DNA of 64,000 bases from Candidatus Bathyarchaeota archaeon (GTDB taxonomy: Archaea > Thermoproteota > Bathyarchaeia > Bathyarchaeales > Bathycorpusculaceae), in the NCBI GenBank assembly GCA_963702095.1, contig OY969706.1, forward strand, positions 320,001 to 384,000, in the 5' to 3' direction. A model generated the notes under the pieces. The model was not told where the DNA came from and made no database searches. It saw only the letters and a list, made by a program, of their open reading frames with translations. A program made the position numbers and the translations under genes. This document shows, in pieces, positions 49,123 through 58,230 of this stretch (its first letter is position 1; every line of letters begins with the position of its first letter).

Positions 49123-50196
49123 ATGAAAGAGAAAAAATGCTTCATCTTCCACCTCGACATGGACCACTTCTACACCGCCGTCGAACAACGGGAAAACCCA
49201 GCCCTCAAAGGCAAACCCGTCGTCGTCGGCGCAGACCCCAAAGAAGGCAAAGGCAGAGGCGTAGTGAGCACCAGCAACTATGAAGCCCGAGCAGCAGGCG
49301 TCCGCAGCGGTATGCCCATCTCGCAGGCTTGGCGACTCTGCCCCAACGCCGTTTACCTGCCGCCCAACTTTCCCCTCTACATCAAGGCATCAGCTGAAAT
49401 AATGGCGATTGCACGCCGCTATGCGGGCAAGTTTGAGCAGTGGGGTATAGACGAGGCTTTTTTGGATGTAACTGATAAAGTCGGGGATTGGGCGGAAGCT
49501 GAAGCGTTGGCGCGGCAGATCAAGGGCGAAATAAAGGAAAAGGAGCATCTTACTGCTTCAATCGGGGTTGGACCCAACAAGTTGGTGGCGAAAGTCGCCA
49601 GTGACTTCCAGAAACCCGACGGCTTAACATTTGTCAAAGAGGAGGACGCCCAACGATTCCTCGCCCCTCTGCCCGTGCGGAAGCTTTTGTGGGTGGGGCG
49701 CAAAACCGAAGCCAAACTCAAGGCGTTGGGCGTCAACACCATCGGCGACTTGGCGCGCTATGACCCTACTGCGCTTAGCTCCCTGTTTGGGGTTATGGGG
49801 GTGCAGATGCATTTGATGGCTCAGGGTTTGGACCGCAGCGAAGTCGAGGAACGGGTAGGAGTCAAAAGCATCAGCCACGAAACCACTTTTGAAGTTGACA
49901 CCTCAGATTCAGCCGCGATCCTCCAAGCGCTCGATGTCCTCTGCGTCGAGGTGCAGAAAGAAACCGACGAACAGAAACTTCTCTTCAAAACCGTAACCGT
50001 CAAAATCCGCTACCAAGGCTTTGAAACCCACACAAAAAGCAAAACCCTACCCCGCCTAACCAACCGAGTGGAGGACCTAAAGAAAACCGCCAAAGAACTG
50101 TTACTGCCCTATTTGGGGTCGGAGAGGAAAATGAGGCTTATCGGAGTCCGAGTTTCGAGTCTCCAATCCAGCGAAAAACAGAAAACCCTATTCTGA
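49123..50196 (+). CDS. dinB: DNA polymerase IV (Y-family)
   Basis: HLDMDHFY..VE, STSNYEAR..GV.SGM, IDEAFLD, NKLVAK.AS...KPDG, RLIGVR. Confidence 0.95.
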   Translation: MKEKKCFIFHLDMDHFYTAVEQRENPALKGKPVVVGADPKEGKGRGVVSTSNYEARAAGVRSGMPISQAWRLCPNAVYLPPNFPLYIKASAEIMAIARRYAGKFEQWGIDEAFLDVTDKVGDWAEAEALARQIKGEIKEKEHLTASIGVGPNKLVAKVASDFQKPDGLTFVKEEDAQRFLAPLPVRKLLWVGRKTEAKLKALGVNTIGDLARYDPTALSSLFGVMGVQMHLMAQGLDRSEVEERVGVKSISHETTFEVDTSDSAAILQALDVLCVEVQKETDEQKLLFKTVTVKIRYQGFETHTKSKTLPRLTNRVEDLKKTAKELLLPYLGSERKMRLIGVRVSSLQSSEKQKTLF

Positions 50197-50433
50197 ATGT
50201 TTGCCTATGTTTAGGCGAGCCCACTGTTTTGATAAACGGTTCTCTGCGTACTTGCCAATTTCATAACCGCCCAAAAATACAAGAATAAAAATAAAGACCG
50301 CTGAGCCCATAAGGTTCGAACCAGAAACATTGTTTGTGGTAACTGAGATTAAACCAGCTACAGAAATTATAACTAAGATTATTCCTATGACAAGGTTTGT
50401 TGTTCTTGCTTTGTGCGGAGGATAATTAGACAA
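50188..50433 (-). CDS. small two-TM membrane protein
   Basis: 81 aa, two hydrophobic helices, GGTG upstream of TTG. Confidence 0.55.
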   Translation of the reverse strand: MSNYPPHKARTTNLVIGIILVIISVAGLISVTTNNVSGSNLMGSAVFIFILVFLGGYEIGKYAENRLSKQWARLNIGKHSE

Positions 50434-50551
50434 ACTAGAACACCAAAGAGGTTAATTCGCAAGGAAATTTATTGTTTATCCTTGCAATAAGTTTGATTCT
50501 GTTTGGGTTTGACTGTTTTCTTTTAAAAAAGGGTGAAGGCAGAAGAAGCAA

Positions 50552-51208
50552 TTAGGCCTCATATTCTGTTGGGTCAGCTACGCCTGCTTCAACAAACGCT
50601 TTTTTGCGGTTTACACAAGACTCGCATCTGCCACAGTGTTTGGCACCGTCAAGGTAGCATGACCACGTCAACTCGAAGGGCACACCCAGTTTGGCGCCCT
50701 CTTTGATTAGCTCTGACTTTTTACCGCCGCTAAAGGGTGCTTTGATGGTGATTTCTTGGCAGGTGCCCAGTCGGGCGGCTTTTTCGAAAGCTTCGTAGAA
50801 TTCTCGGCGGCAATCGGGGTAGAAGGGTTCGTCGCTGCCTTGTGCGCCGTAGAAGATGTGGGTTGCTTCTACGGTGACTGCGTATGCGACGGCTGCTGAG
50901 AGGAAGATGGCGTTGCGGAAGGGTACGATGATTGGGCTGCTGAACTCCGCTGTTAAGGGGATGTCGCGGTTGACCAGTGAGGTGGCGCCGCTGAAGATGT
51001 CTTTGAGGTTTGAGAGGTCGATGGTTTTTGTGGTTGTGCCAAGTGTTTGGGCGATTTTTTGGGCTGCCTCTGTTTCTTTGACGGCGATTTGGCCGTAGTT
51101 GAAGGTGATGGGGTAGATTTGGTAGCCATGATTTTTTGCCCAGTATGCGACGGTGGCTGAGTCTGGACCGCCGCTGAGCACTATGACGCATTTCATGTTT
51201 TGTCTCAT
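50552..51208 (-). CDS. queC: 7-cyano-7-deazaguanine (preQ0) synthase
   Basis: LSGGPDS, FNYGQ, VPFRN.IFL, YPDCR, TWSCY....HCGRCESC. Confidence 0.92.
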   Translation of the reverse strand: MRQNMKCVIVLSGGPDSATVAYWAKNHGYQIYPITFNYGQIAVKETEAAQKIAQTLGTTTKTIDLSNLKDIFSGATSLVNRDIPLTAEFSSPIIVPFRNAIFLSAAVAYAVTVEATHIFYGAQGSDEPFYPDCRREFYEAFEKAARLGTCQEITIKAPFSGGKKSELIKEGAKLGVPFELTWSCYLDGAKHCGRCESCVNRKKAFVEAGVADPTEYEA

Positions 51209-51726
51209 GGTTTTTTTGCTCCATAATTTGTTTGTGTTTCAAACCACCGTTGCAAGCCCGCTTTTTTCAGCAGCTTGAACAGTGGCCAACCGATCAGCAC
51301 GCTTGCGATTAGGTTTCCAGCCACGACGTATGCGATGCTAATTGGTAACGGTATGTTGTAGGGTGCGGATAACATCCAGCCTACAGTAGTGCCCAAGACC
51401 AATGAGTAAGCTACGCATGTGGCGAGTACAGAGTAGTCGTTGTGTGTTTTCTTGTAAACATAGTAGACGACAAACGCCATGACAAACGATGGTATAGTGT
51501 TAAGTAAGTCAATTACGCCAAGGGTTGAGAAAAGGTTGGCGATGAACACTCCTAAGGTGTGTCCCAAAACACCTGCTATACCCAGCAGGGGAACAGCAGC
51601 AACCATAGAATCTGCTATTCTGATATTGAGGGGTCCATAAGAGATGAATCCGAGGGCAACAACTAGTGCCACATACAATGCAGCATAAACTGCCATAAGA
51701 GCTATTTCTTTACTTCGTAGTTTCAA
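51205..51726 (-). CDS. queT: QueT-family transporter (7-deazaguanine precursor)
   Basis: A.YAALYV.L....ISYGP.N.R motif, LG.FIAN.FS..G..D; about 5 TM helices; coupled to queC. Confidence 0.82.
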   Translation of the reverse strand: MKLRSKEIALMAVYAALYVALVVALGFISYGPLNIRIADSMVAAVPLLGIAGVLGHTLGVFIANLFSTLGVIDLLNTIPSFVMAFVVYYVYKKTHNDYSVLATCVAYSLVLGTTVGWMLSAPYNIPLPISIAYVVAGNLIASVLIGWPLFKLLKKAGLQRWFETQTNYGAKKP

Positions 51727-51825
51727 ATGTTATTTGCCTCCCAACTCCGGGTTTTATATTATTTGGCGCAACGGGTGGGAAGCTCCACTCACGCGCCAGC
51801 TCGCAGTAAACAGCAGAGTTGCCTA
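51727..51825 (-). ncRNA. candidate structured 5' leader (riboswitch-like) of queT-queC
   Basis: Stems CAACUCUG/CGGAGUUG, GGCGC/GCGCC, GUGG/CCAC; GCUUCCCA is complementary to UGGGAGGC, which contains the SD. Confidence 0.5.
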
Positions 51826-51970
51826 AAAACGTTTAGGAAAGCACTCTGGGAGTTGAGAGTCTTTTTAATGTTGGCGAAATATTAATTAGGCGCACAGAAA
51901 GATTACATGATGCATCTTCATCCAGTGGATGGCATTCCGCACAAACGGAGTTTTAAGGGAGCACAAAACT

Positions 51971-52615
51971 ATGTCACAAAATAATACAGCTAGCCAACTA
52001 GTCCTTAAAGGAACAACTACAATCGGCGTCGTCTGCAAAGACGGCGTAATCTTAGCTTCAGACACCCGCGTAACCATGGGCTTCTATGTGGCACATAAAT
52101 TCGGCAAAAAAGTCTACAAAATCGACGACCACATCGGCATGACCATAGCCGGCACAGTCGCCGACGCTCAACGCGTCGTAGACATCCTAATTGCTAACGC
52201 TCAGCTGTATAAAATCAACCTGAACCGCCCCATCCCCGTGGCTTCCGCTGCACGTTTAGTCGCCAACCTCCTGTTCTCAGCAAGATATGTTCCACTGGCA
52301 ACACAGGTTCTTGTCGGCGGCGTAGACAACACTGGACCCCACGTTTTCAACTTGGATCCATACGGCAGCTTAAACGAAGAAAAAATGATCTCCACCGGCA
52401 GCGGTTCACCCATCGCGCTTGGTGTACTTGAAGACAAGTACCGCGAGGGTATGACCATCCAGGAAACTTTGCCCACTATCGCCAGAGCGGTGAATGCCGC
52501 CATGAAACGTGACGTAGCAAGCGGCAACAGCTACAATATCATCGTCATCGACGAGCATGGTTACAAAGAGTTGTCTGAAGAGGAAAAAGCTAAACTGCTC
52601 AAAGCAGGAAGTTAG
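51971..52615 (+). CDS. psmB: proteasome beta subunit
   Basis: Propeptide then GTTTIG, ASDTR, AGTVADAQ, TGSGS. Confidence 0.95.
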   Translation: MSQNNTASQLVLKGTTTIGVVCKDGVILASDTRVTMGFYVAHKFGKKVYKIDDHIGMTIAGTVADAQRVVDILIANAQLYKINLNRPIPVASAARLVANLLFSARYVPLATQVLVGGVDNTGPHVFNLDPYGSLNEEKMISTGSGSPIALGVLEDKYREGMTIQETLPTIARAVNAAMKRDVASGNSYNIIVIDEHGYKELSEEEKAKLLKAGS

Positions 52616-52618
52616 ACA

Positions 52619-54544
52619 GTGGCAAGAACACAAGAGAAAGACAGAGATAAAATAGAAATCAGCCAATATATTCTTCAAAAAGTTCCCCGCGAAGCAGAAG
52701 TCACCCGCATCGAATACGAGGGACCGATGCTTGCGGTTTACACTAAAAGACCAGAGATTTTGGTTGACCAAAGCAGCATCGTAGCGGAGATAGTCGGCGT
52801 CATCCGAAAAAGAATCGTTATCAGACCAGACCCATCCGTGCGTATACCTGAAGCTGAAGCAGAAAAAATTACTCGCGAACTCATCTCGCCAGAAGCCGAA
52901 ATCACCGACATCAACTTCGACCCAAGCCTAGGCGAAATCATCATCGAAACCAAAAAGCCGGGTTTAGTCATCGGCAGAAACGGCGCTGTCCTCCAAGAAA
53001 TCATAAAGAAAACCAAGTGGCGCCCCCACGTACTTAGGAGCCCACCCATCAAATCCAAAATAGTCACTCACATGCGTCACTACCTCCACTCAGAGAGCAA
53101 AGAGCGGGAACGCATCTTGCGCACTGTGGGCGAACGTATTTTCCGACCGAAAACCTACGATGTCGGAGACATCCGTATGACCGTTCTTGGCGGCGCTCAA
53201 GAAGTGGGGCGCTCAGCTTTCCTAGTTAAAACCCGTGAAAGCAGCGTTCTTTTGGACTGCGGTATCCACCCGGGCTCTAATCGACCCTTCGAGTCTTTTC
53301 CACGGTTTGACTCGCCCGAATTCGAAATTGACTCGCTTGACGCTGTCATCATTAGCCATGCGCACCTTGACCACTGCGGTTTGGTGCCGTTCCTCTACAA
53401 ATATGGTTACGACGGTCCAGTCTACTGTTCAGCGCCAACATCCAACTTGATGACGATGCTACAGCTTGACTACTTGGACGTAGCCAACAAACAAGGCGTC
53501 ACGCCGCATTACGATCAAAAAGACGTCCGCGAATGCGTCTTGCATACTATACCTCTCCGCTTTGGTGTAGTCACCGACATTGCACCAGACATCCGCTTAA
53601 CCCTGCATAACTCAGGTCACATCCTAGGCGGCGCCATGGTGCACCTCCACATAGGCGAAGGTCTACACAACATAGTCTACACCAGCGACTACAAATTCGG
53701 CAGAACCATGCTGCTTGAAGCCGCAGCCACAGAGTTCCCCCGCATCGAAACAGTCATCACCGAGAGCACCTACAGTGGACCCGACGACATCGTGCCCAGC
53801 CGTGTAGAAGCCGAAGAAGCACTCACAAGAGTCATAAACCAAACACTTGAACGCAAAGGCAAAGTCCTCATCCCAGTTCCCGCTGTTGGACGTGCACAGG
53901 AAATCATGCTTGTCATCGACGGCTACATGAAACGCGGCGCCCTCAAAGAGGCACCTGTCTTCCTTGAAGGCATGATCAGCGAAGCCACAGCCATACACAC
54001 TGCATACCCCGAGTACTTAGGCAGAGAAGTACGCCACAGCATACTCCACGAAGAAGTCAACCCCTTCCAAAGCGACTACTTCACTATCGTCGACCACCCC
54101 AGCCAACGCGCAAGCATAATGGAAGGCGAACCCTGCATCGTATTAGCCACAAGCGGCATGCTTGAAGGCGGACCAGTCATCGAGTACTTCAAAAACTGGG
54201 CATCCGACGAACGCAATCAAATCATATTCGTAAGCTACCAAATCGAAGGCACCATGGGCAGACGCGTGCAAAAAGGCGTCGGCGAAGTCACCATGATGGA
54301 TAACGAAGGTAAAATGGCTGCAATTAGCATCAAAATGGGTATCCAAACCATCGAAGGTTTCTCAGGTCACAGTGACCGCCGCCAACTAGTCAACTACCTA
54401 ACTCACCTGACACCGAAACCTGAACGCATCTTCGTAGTCCACGGCGAAAAACAGAAAACCCTCAACTTCGGCCACTTCTTAGACCAAAAAGCAGGCATAA
54501 ACACGGTGGTTCCAGCGACACTGGAAACCTTTAGGCTGTTGTAG
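52619..54544 (+). CDS. fttA: KH-domain beta-CASP ribonuclease aCPSF1 (transcription termination factor FttA)
   Basis: N-terminal KH domains (IEYEGP, KPGLVIGRNG), HAHLDH, GHILG, ESTY, FSGHSD, VHGE; canonical position after psmB. Confidence 0.95.
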   Translation: MARTQEKDRDKIEISQYILQKVPREAEVTRIEYEGPMLAVYTKRPEILVDQSSIVAEIVGVIRKRIVIRPDPSVRIPEAEAEKITRELISPEAEITDINFDPSLGEIIIETKKPGLVIGRNGAVLQEIIKKTKWRPHVLRSPPIKSKIVTHMRHYLHSESKERERILRTVGERIFRPKTYDVGDIRMTVLGGAQEVGRSAFLVKTRESSVLLDCGIHPGSNRPFESFPRFDSPEFEIDSLDAVIISHAHLDHCGLVPFLYKYGYDGPVYCSAPTSNLMTMLQLDYLDVANKQGVTPHYDQKDVRECVLHTIPLRFGVVTDIAPDIRLTLHNSGHILGGAMVHLHIGEGLHNIVYTSDYKFGRTMLLEAAATEFPRIETVITESTYSGPDDIVPSRVEAEEALTRVINQTLERKGKVLIPVPAVGRAQEIMLVIDGYMKRGALKEAPVFLEGMISEATAIHTAYPEYLGREVRHSILHEEVNPFQSDYFTIVDHPSQRASIMEGEPCIVLATSGMLEGGPVIEYFKNWASDERNQIIFVSYQIEGTMGRRVQKGVGEVTMMDNEGKMAAISIKMGIQTIEGFSGHSDRRQLVNYLTHLTPKPERIFVVHGEKQKTLNFGHFLDQKAGINTVVPATLETFRLL

Positions 54545-55100
54545 GCAAAGGTTCACTGCCACTTTTTACTGGCGCCGGAGTTTTCTCCCGCCAAATCCTA
54601 ACACTTTTCGGACAAATAACCACGCGTTCCTCGCCTAAACGTGCGATGTCTCCGCCTGTTTCTTCAGCAAACTGGAACAAGTCATTAACGGCGGTTTTTA
54701 CATCCTCAATGCTTTTGGTGGCAAGAGGCGTTATGCGTAGAATTATGATGTTGCCTTCTTTGACTTCAGCTTTAACTTTCTCTACGTCGGAGAGTTCTTT
54801 GAGGGGCATCGCTTTTAGGTAGGTTTTGCTGTTTGTCGTTTCAGCTTTAATTTCTTGTTTCTCTTCAACTGGTGGCGTAACGGTTGGCTCCTCCTGCGGT
54901 GACGCTTGGGGAACAGACGGGGCTTCCTGCGGTTGGCTTTCCTCAGTGGTAATCATTTCAGCGGCAGCTACGGGTTCCTCAACAGTGGCAGGTTCGGGCG
55001 CAGGTTGGTCGGACACTGTTTGTTGCGATGTTTCTTGAGAAGGTACAGCTGACGCTTCGGATTCTACCTGTTTCTTTTTGTGGAATAGATTCAACGGCAT
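54531..55100 (-). CDS. sepF: cell division protein SepF with low-complexity N-terminus
   Basis: EGNIIIL.I.PL, GGDIARLGE..VVI.P..VRI. Confidence 0.85.
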   Translation of the reverse strand: MPLNLFHKKKQVESEASAVPSQETSQQTVSDQPAPEPATVEEPVAAAEMITTEESQPQEAPSVPQASPQEEPTVTPPVEEKQEIKAETTNSKTYLKAMPLKELSDVEKVKAEVKEGNIIILRITPLATKSIEDVKTAVNDLFQFAEETGGDIARLGEERVVICPKSVRIWREKTPAPVKSGSEPLPTTA

Positions 55101-55344
55101 TTTACTCTCAACCTTATGTATTCTAGGTTGTACAGTTAAGCGTTTCTTTACTGCTGCTTTCTAGACGCTTATTTAATGTTAGATTTGCTGACCACCAATA
55201 TTTGATTTGCGTTTCACAACTCAACTTGAAACTTGCTTTCAACAGGTTTAAGGTAGTTTCTAGCGGTTTTTGAGGCGGTTAAGCAAGAAAAGTTGGAGCC
55301 CCCGTTGCGCGATGGAGTTGACTGCCAGATTGGATGAGGGTGTT

Positions 55345-55716
55345 TCATGAGAGTAAGACCAAGAAGTTATTGGTGATGACTATAGCTAAAAACAGGATTA
55401 CGCCTGCATAAGCGACTTTCGTAAACAAGTTGGAGTAGTGATAGCTTTTACTCGTTTTATCTTGGGTTTGATTGAGCATTCTCCTCGCAACTATGTAGGT
55501 GATTCCGATGAAGAATGTCGCCGCAAGCTTGAGGACCACAAACGCAAAAATGTTTGTATGGACTATGCCCGCTAAGAATGGGTTAAGTTCGCTTGCTCCA
55601 TAATGGAGAACGCCAATAATTGTGGTTAATGCGTCAATTGACCCCATCACTATCAACATAATACTGGGCAGCATTACTGCTCTAAAGTGGTACATGGCCT
55701 TTCTCCTTTCTCCCAA
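55345..55716 (-). CDS. DUF5658-like membrane protein
   Basis: D.LTT..G...GA.ELNP motif, several TM helices. Confidence 0.7.
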   Translation of the reverse strand: MGERRKAMYHFRAVMLPSIMLIVMGSIDALTTIIGVLHYGASELNPFLAGIVHTNIFAFVVLKLAATFFIGITYIVARRMLNQTQDKTSKSYHYSNLFTKVAYAGVILFLAIVITNNFLVLLS

Positions 55717-55927
55717 ATTTTAATTCGTTGGCTTATCTTAATAAGGACATTCCCAAAATCGATATATCAAAAACAAAAACATTCGTCGGCTGGCTTTCTT
55801 AGGCGCTGTTGCCTTTTTACCTGTTACTGCAATAGTGTTTAACGATTTAACCCATAAACGTTATCAATATTAACAAGCAACAGTGAATTTAACTAAATTT
55901 TAAATACCACTTCTATAGTTAAACAGA

Positions 55928-56122
55928 TTGGGGATACCTATACCGGCAGAATTTGAAATTAGAAATACAGTTGATGGACGATTCTACTGGCGATTTAAGG
56001 CAATTAACGGTGAAATCGTCGCCGTTAGCGAAGTGTATGAATCAAAGCAGGGCTGCAAGTCGGGTATAGACTCGATTATGAGTAACGCAGTTTTTGCTCT
56101 TATTCGAGATCAAACTCTTTAA
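55928..56122 (+). CDS. YegP/DUF1508-family small protein
   Basis: FEI....G.FYWR.KA.NGEI.A.SE.Y.SK..C..GI.S. Confidence 0.85.
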   Translation: MGIPIPAEFEIRNTVDGRFYWRFKAINGEIVAVSEVYESKQGCKSGIDSIMSNAVFALIRDQTL

Positions 56123-56244
56123 CCACTTCTTTTTTCTGAGAAGCTAAGACTTGAAGCTAACAGTTATCTTTGGTTAAAAGATGACTTTACCTGCGCATAA
56201 GCCTTATATTTTTAAAGTTAACCTCTTTTGCTGAAGGGTTACCT

Positions 56245-57315
56245 ATGCATAAAAGACTCCTAATCCCGGGCCCCACAGAAGTAAGTAAAGAAGTGCTTGA
56301 AGAACAAGCTCACTACCTAATCGGTCATAGAGAAAAAGAGTTCTCCGAGTTATACGGCGGAATAACAGATAAAATCGCCAAATACTTCCAATTACCCGCC
56401 GACTACAAACCGACTGTCACCACTGGTTCAGGAACCCTATGGTTTGACATAATCGGCAGAAGCGTAGTTAAGGAACGTGCGCTCGCATGCGTCAACGGCG
56501 CCTTCAGTCAGCGATGCGCTCAAACACTTACCTCATGCGGCAAACAAACCGACATCTTAGAAGTCGAGATGGGCAAGCCAATTAAACCAGAAATGGTCGC
56601 ACAGAAACTTGCCAGCGGCAAATATGACACCTTAACCGTTTGCCACAACGAAACCAGTACAGGCGTCCGCAGCCCAATCGCTGAAATCGGCAAAATGGTC
56701 AAAAAAGAGTACCCCGACGTCATCTTTGCAGTGGACGCTGTTTCGTCGATGGCAGGCGATAAAACCCTTCCCCACGAAATGAACTGCGATATCGTTTTTG
56801 GGTCGACACAGAAATGCTTTGCCCTTCCACCCGGCTTAGCTATAGGGCTCGTAAGTGACCGTGCCGTCGAAAGAGCCAAAACCGTGCCGAACAGAGGCGC
56901 CTATACTGACTTAGTTGACATATTCGAGTTTGAAAAGAAACACCAGACCCCTTTCACACCTAACGTTTCATTGCTTTATGCATTAAACAAACGCATGGAT
57001 TTGCTCCTCGCCGAAACATACGACAAAGTTTACCAGCGACATCTAGACATGGCAAACTATACTCAGGCGTGGGCAAAGAAGCACTTTAGTATGTTCCCAG
57101 AGCCAGGCTACGAATCCATAACGGTCAGTTGTATAAACAGCAATGGCAAAGACGTCAAAGCAATGAACAACACACTCGGTGAAAGAGGCTACTTGATCTC
57201 TGCTGGCTACGGAAAACTAAAAGAAAAAACCTTCCGTATCGGCCACATGGGCGAATGGAACCTCGATGGCATCAAAGACGTACTCGCCAATATAGACGAC
57301 GTTTGGGGCTTGTAA
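56245..57315 (+). CDS. class V PLP aminotransferase (AGT/SerC-like)
   Basis: LIPGPT, HNETSTG, VDAVSS, STQKCFALPPG, FRIGHMG. Confidence 0.9.
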   Translation: MHKRLLIPGPTEVSKEVLEEQAHYLIGHREKEFSELYGGITDKIAKYFQLPADYKPTVTTGSGTLWFDIIGRSVVKERALACVNGAFSQRCAQTLTSCGKQTDILEVEMGKPIKPEMVAQKLASGKYDTLTVCHNETSTGVRSPIAEIGKMVKKEYPDVIFAVDAVSSMAGDKTLPHEMNCDIVFGSTQKCFALPPGLAIGLVSDRAVERAKTVPNRGAYTDLVDIFEFEKKHQTPFTPNVSLLYALNKRMDLLLAETYDKVYQRHLDMANYTQAWAKKHFSMFPEPGYESITVSCINSNGKDVKAMNNTLGERGYLISAGYGKLKEKTFRIGHMGEWNLDGIKDVLANIDDVWGL

Positions 57316-58218
57316 TTGACCATTAAAATCCTTGTTAGCGACAAAATCGCTGACGAAGGCTTAAGAATCCTTGAAGACCAAGGTTATCAGGTTACCCGGG
57401 GATGGGATATACCTAAACCCGATTTGCCCAAAGTGATCTGTGAATACGACGTCTTAATTGTGCGGAGCGCCACCAAAGTTAAGGGTGAACTGCTTGATAA
57501 CGCCAAAAAACTCAAAGTTATCGGCAGAGCAGGCGAAGGCTTAGACAACGTGGATTTTGAACGTGCCAAACAACTTGGAATCACCTTGGTTAACACGCCT
57601 CATGTTTCCTATGTCAGTGTCTCAGAACTCAGCATAGGACACATGATTGCGCTTGCACGCAACATCGTCCAAAGCACACTCTCCATGCGTGAGGGTAAAT
57701 GGGAAAAAGACAAGCTTATGGGCACCGAACTCAACGGCAAAACGCTGGGCGTTATCGGCTGCGGCTTCATCGGCAAAGACGTCGAGCGGCTGGCTTTGGC
57801 GTTGGGCATGAAAGTCATCGTTGTAGAAGAATGCGTCTTTGACCGTTTTGTGCCCCTCGGCGACATGCTGCCTAAGGCAGACTTCATCACAATTCATGTG
57901 CCTCTAACGACTAAGACAAAACATATGATTTCAACCAAAGAGTTCAACCTCATGAAAAAAGGCGTGTACATTATCGACTGCTCACGGGGCGGCGTAATCG
58001 ATCAGGCTGCCCTCTACCAAGCACTCTTAAGCGGCAAAGTTGCGGGTGCCGCACTTGATGTTTTCGAGGAGGAGCCGCCTAAAGACCGCAGGCTTTTCGC
58101 CCTCAGCAATGTCATAGCTACACCTCACATGGGTGCTCAAACACATGAAGCGCAACATAGAGCAAGCATACAAATAGCCAATAACGTTATAGATGCGCTT
58201 GAAAAACTCAACCTCTGA
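57316..58218 (+). CDS. serA: D-3-phosphoglycerate dehydrogenase (no ACT domain)
   Basis: LIVRSATKV, RAGEGLDNVD, GVIGCG.IG, HVPLT, RGG, LDVFEEEP, TPHMGAQT.EAQ. Confidence 0.85.
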   Translation: MTIKILVSDKIADEGLRILEDQGYQVTRGWDIPKPDLPKVICEYDVLIVRSATKVKGELLDNAKKLKVIGRAGEGLDNVDFERAKQLGITLVNTPHVSYVSVSELSIGHMIALARNIVQSTLSMREGKWEKDKLMGTELNGKTLGVIGCGFIGKDVERLALALGMKVIVVEECVFDRFVPLGDMLPKADFITIHVPLTTKTKHMISTKEFNLMKKGVYIIDCSRGGVIDQAALYQALLSGKVAGAALDVFEEEPPKDRRLFALSNVIATPHMGAQTHEAQHRASIQIANNVIDALEKLNL

Positions 58219-58230
58219 AGCTGAAAGCGC

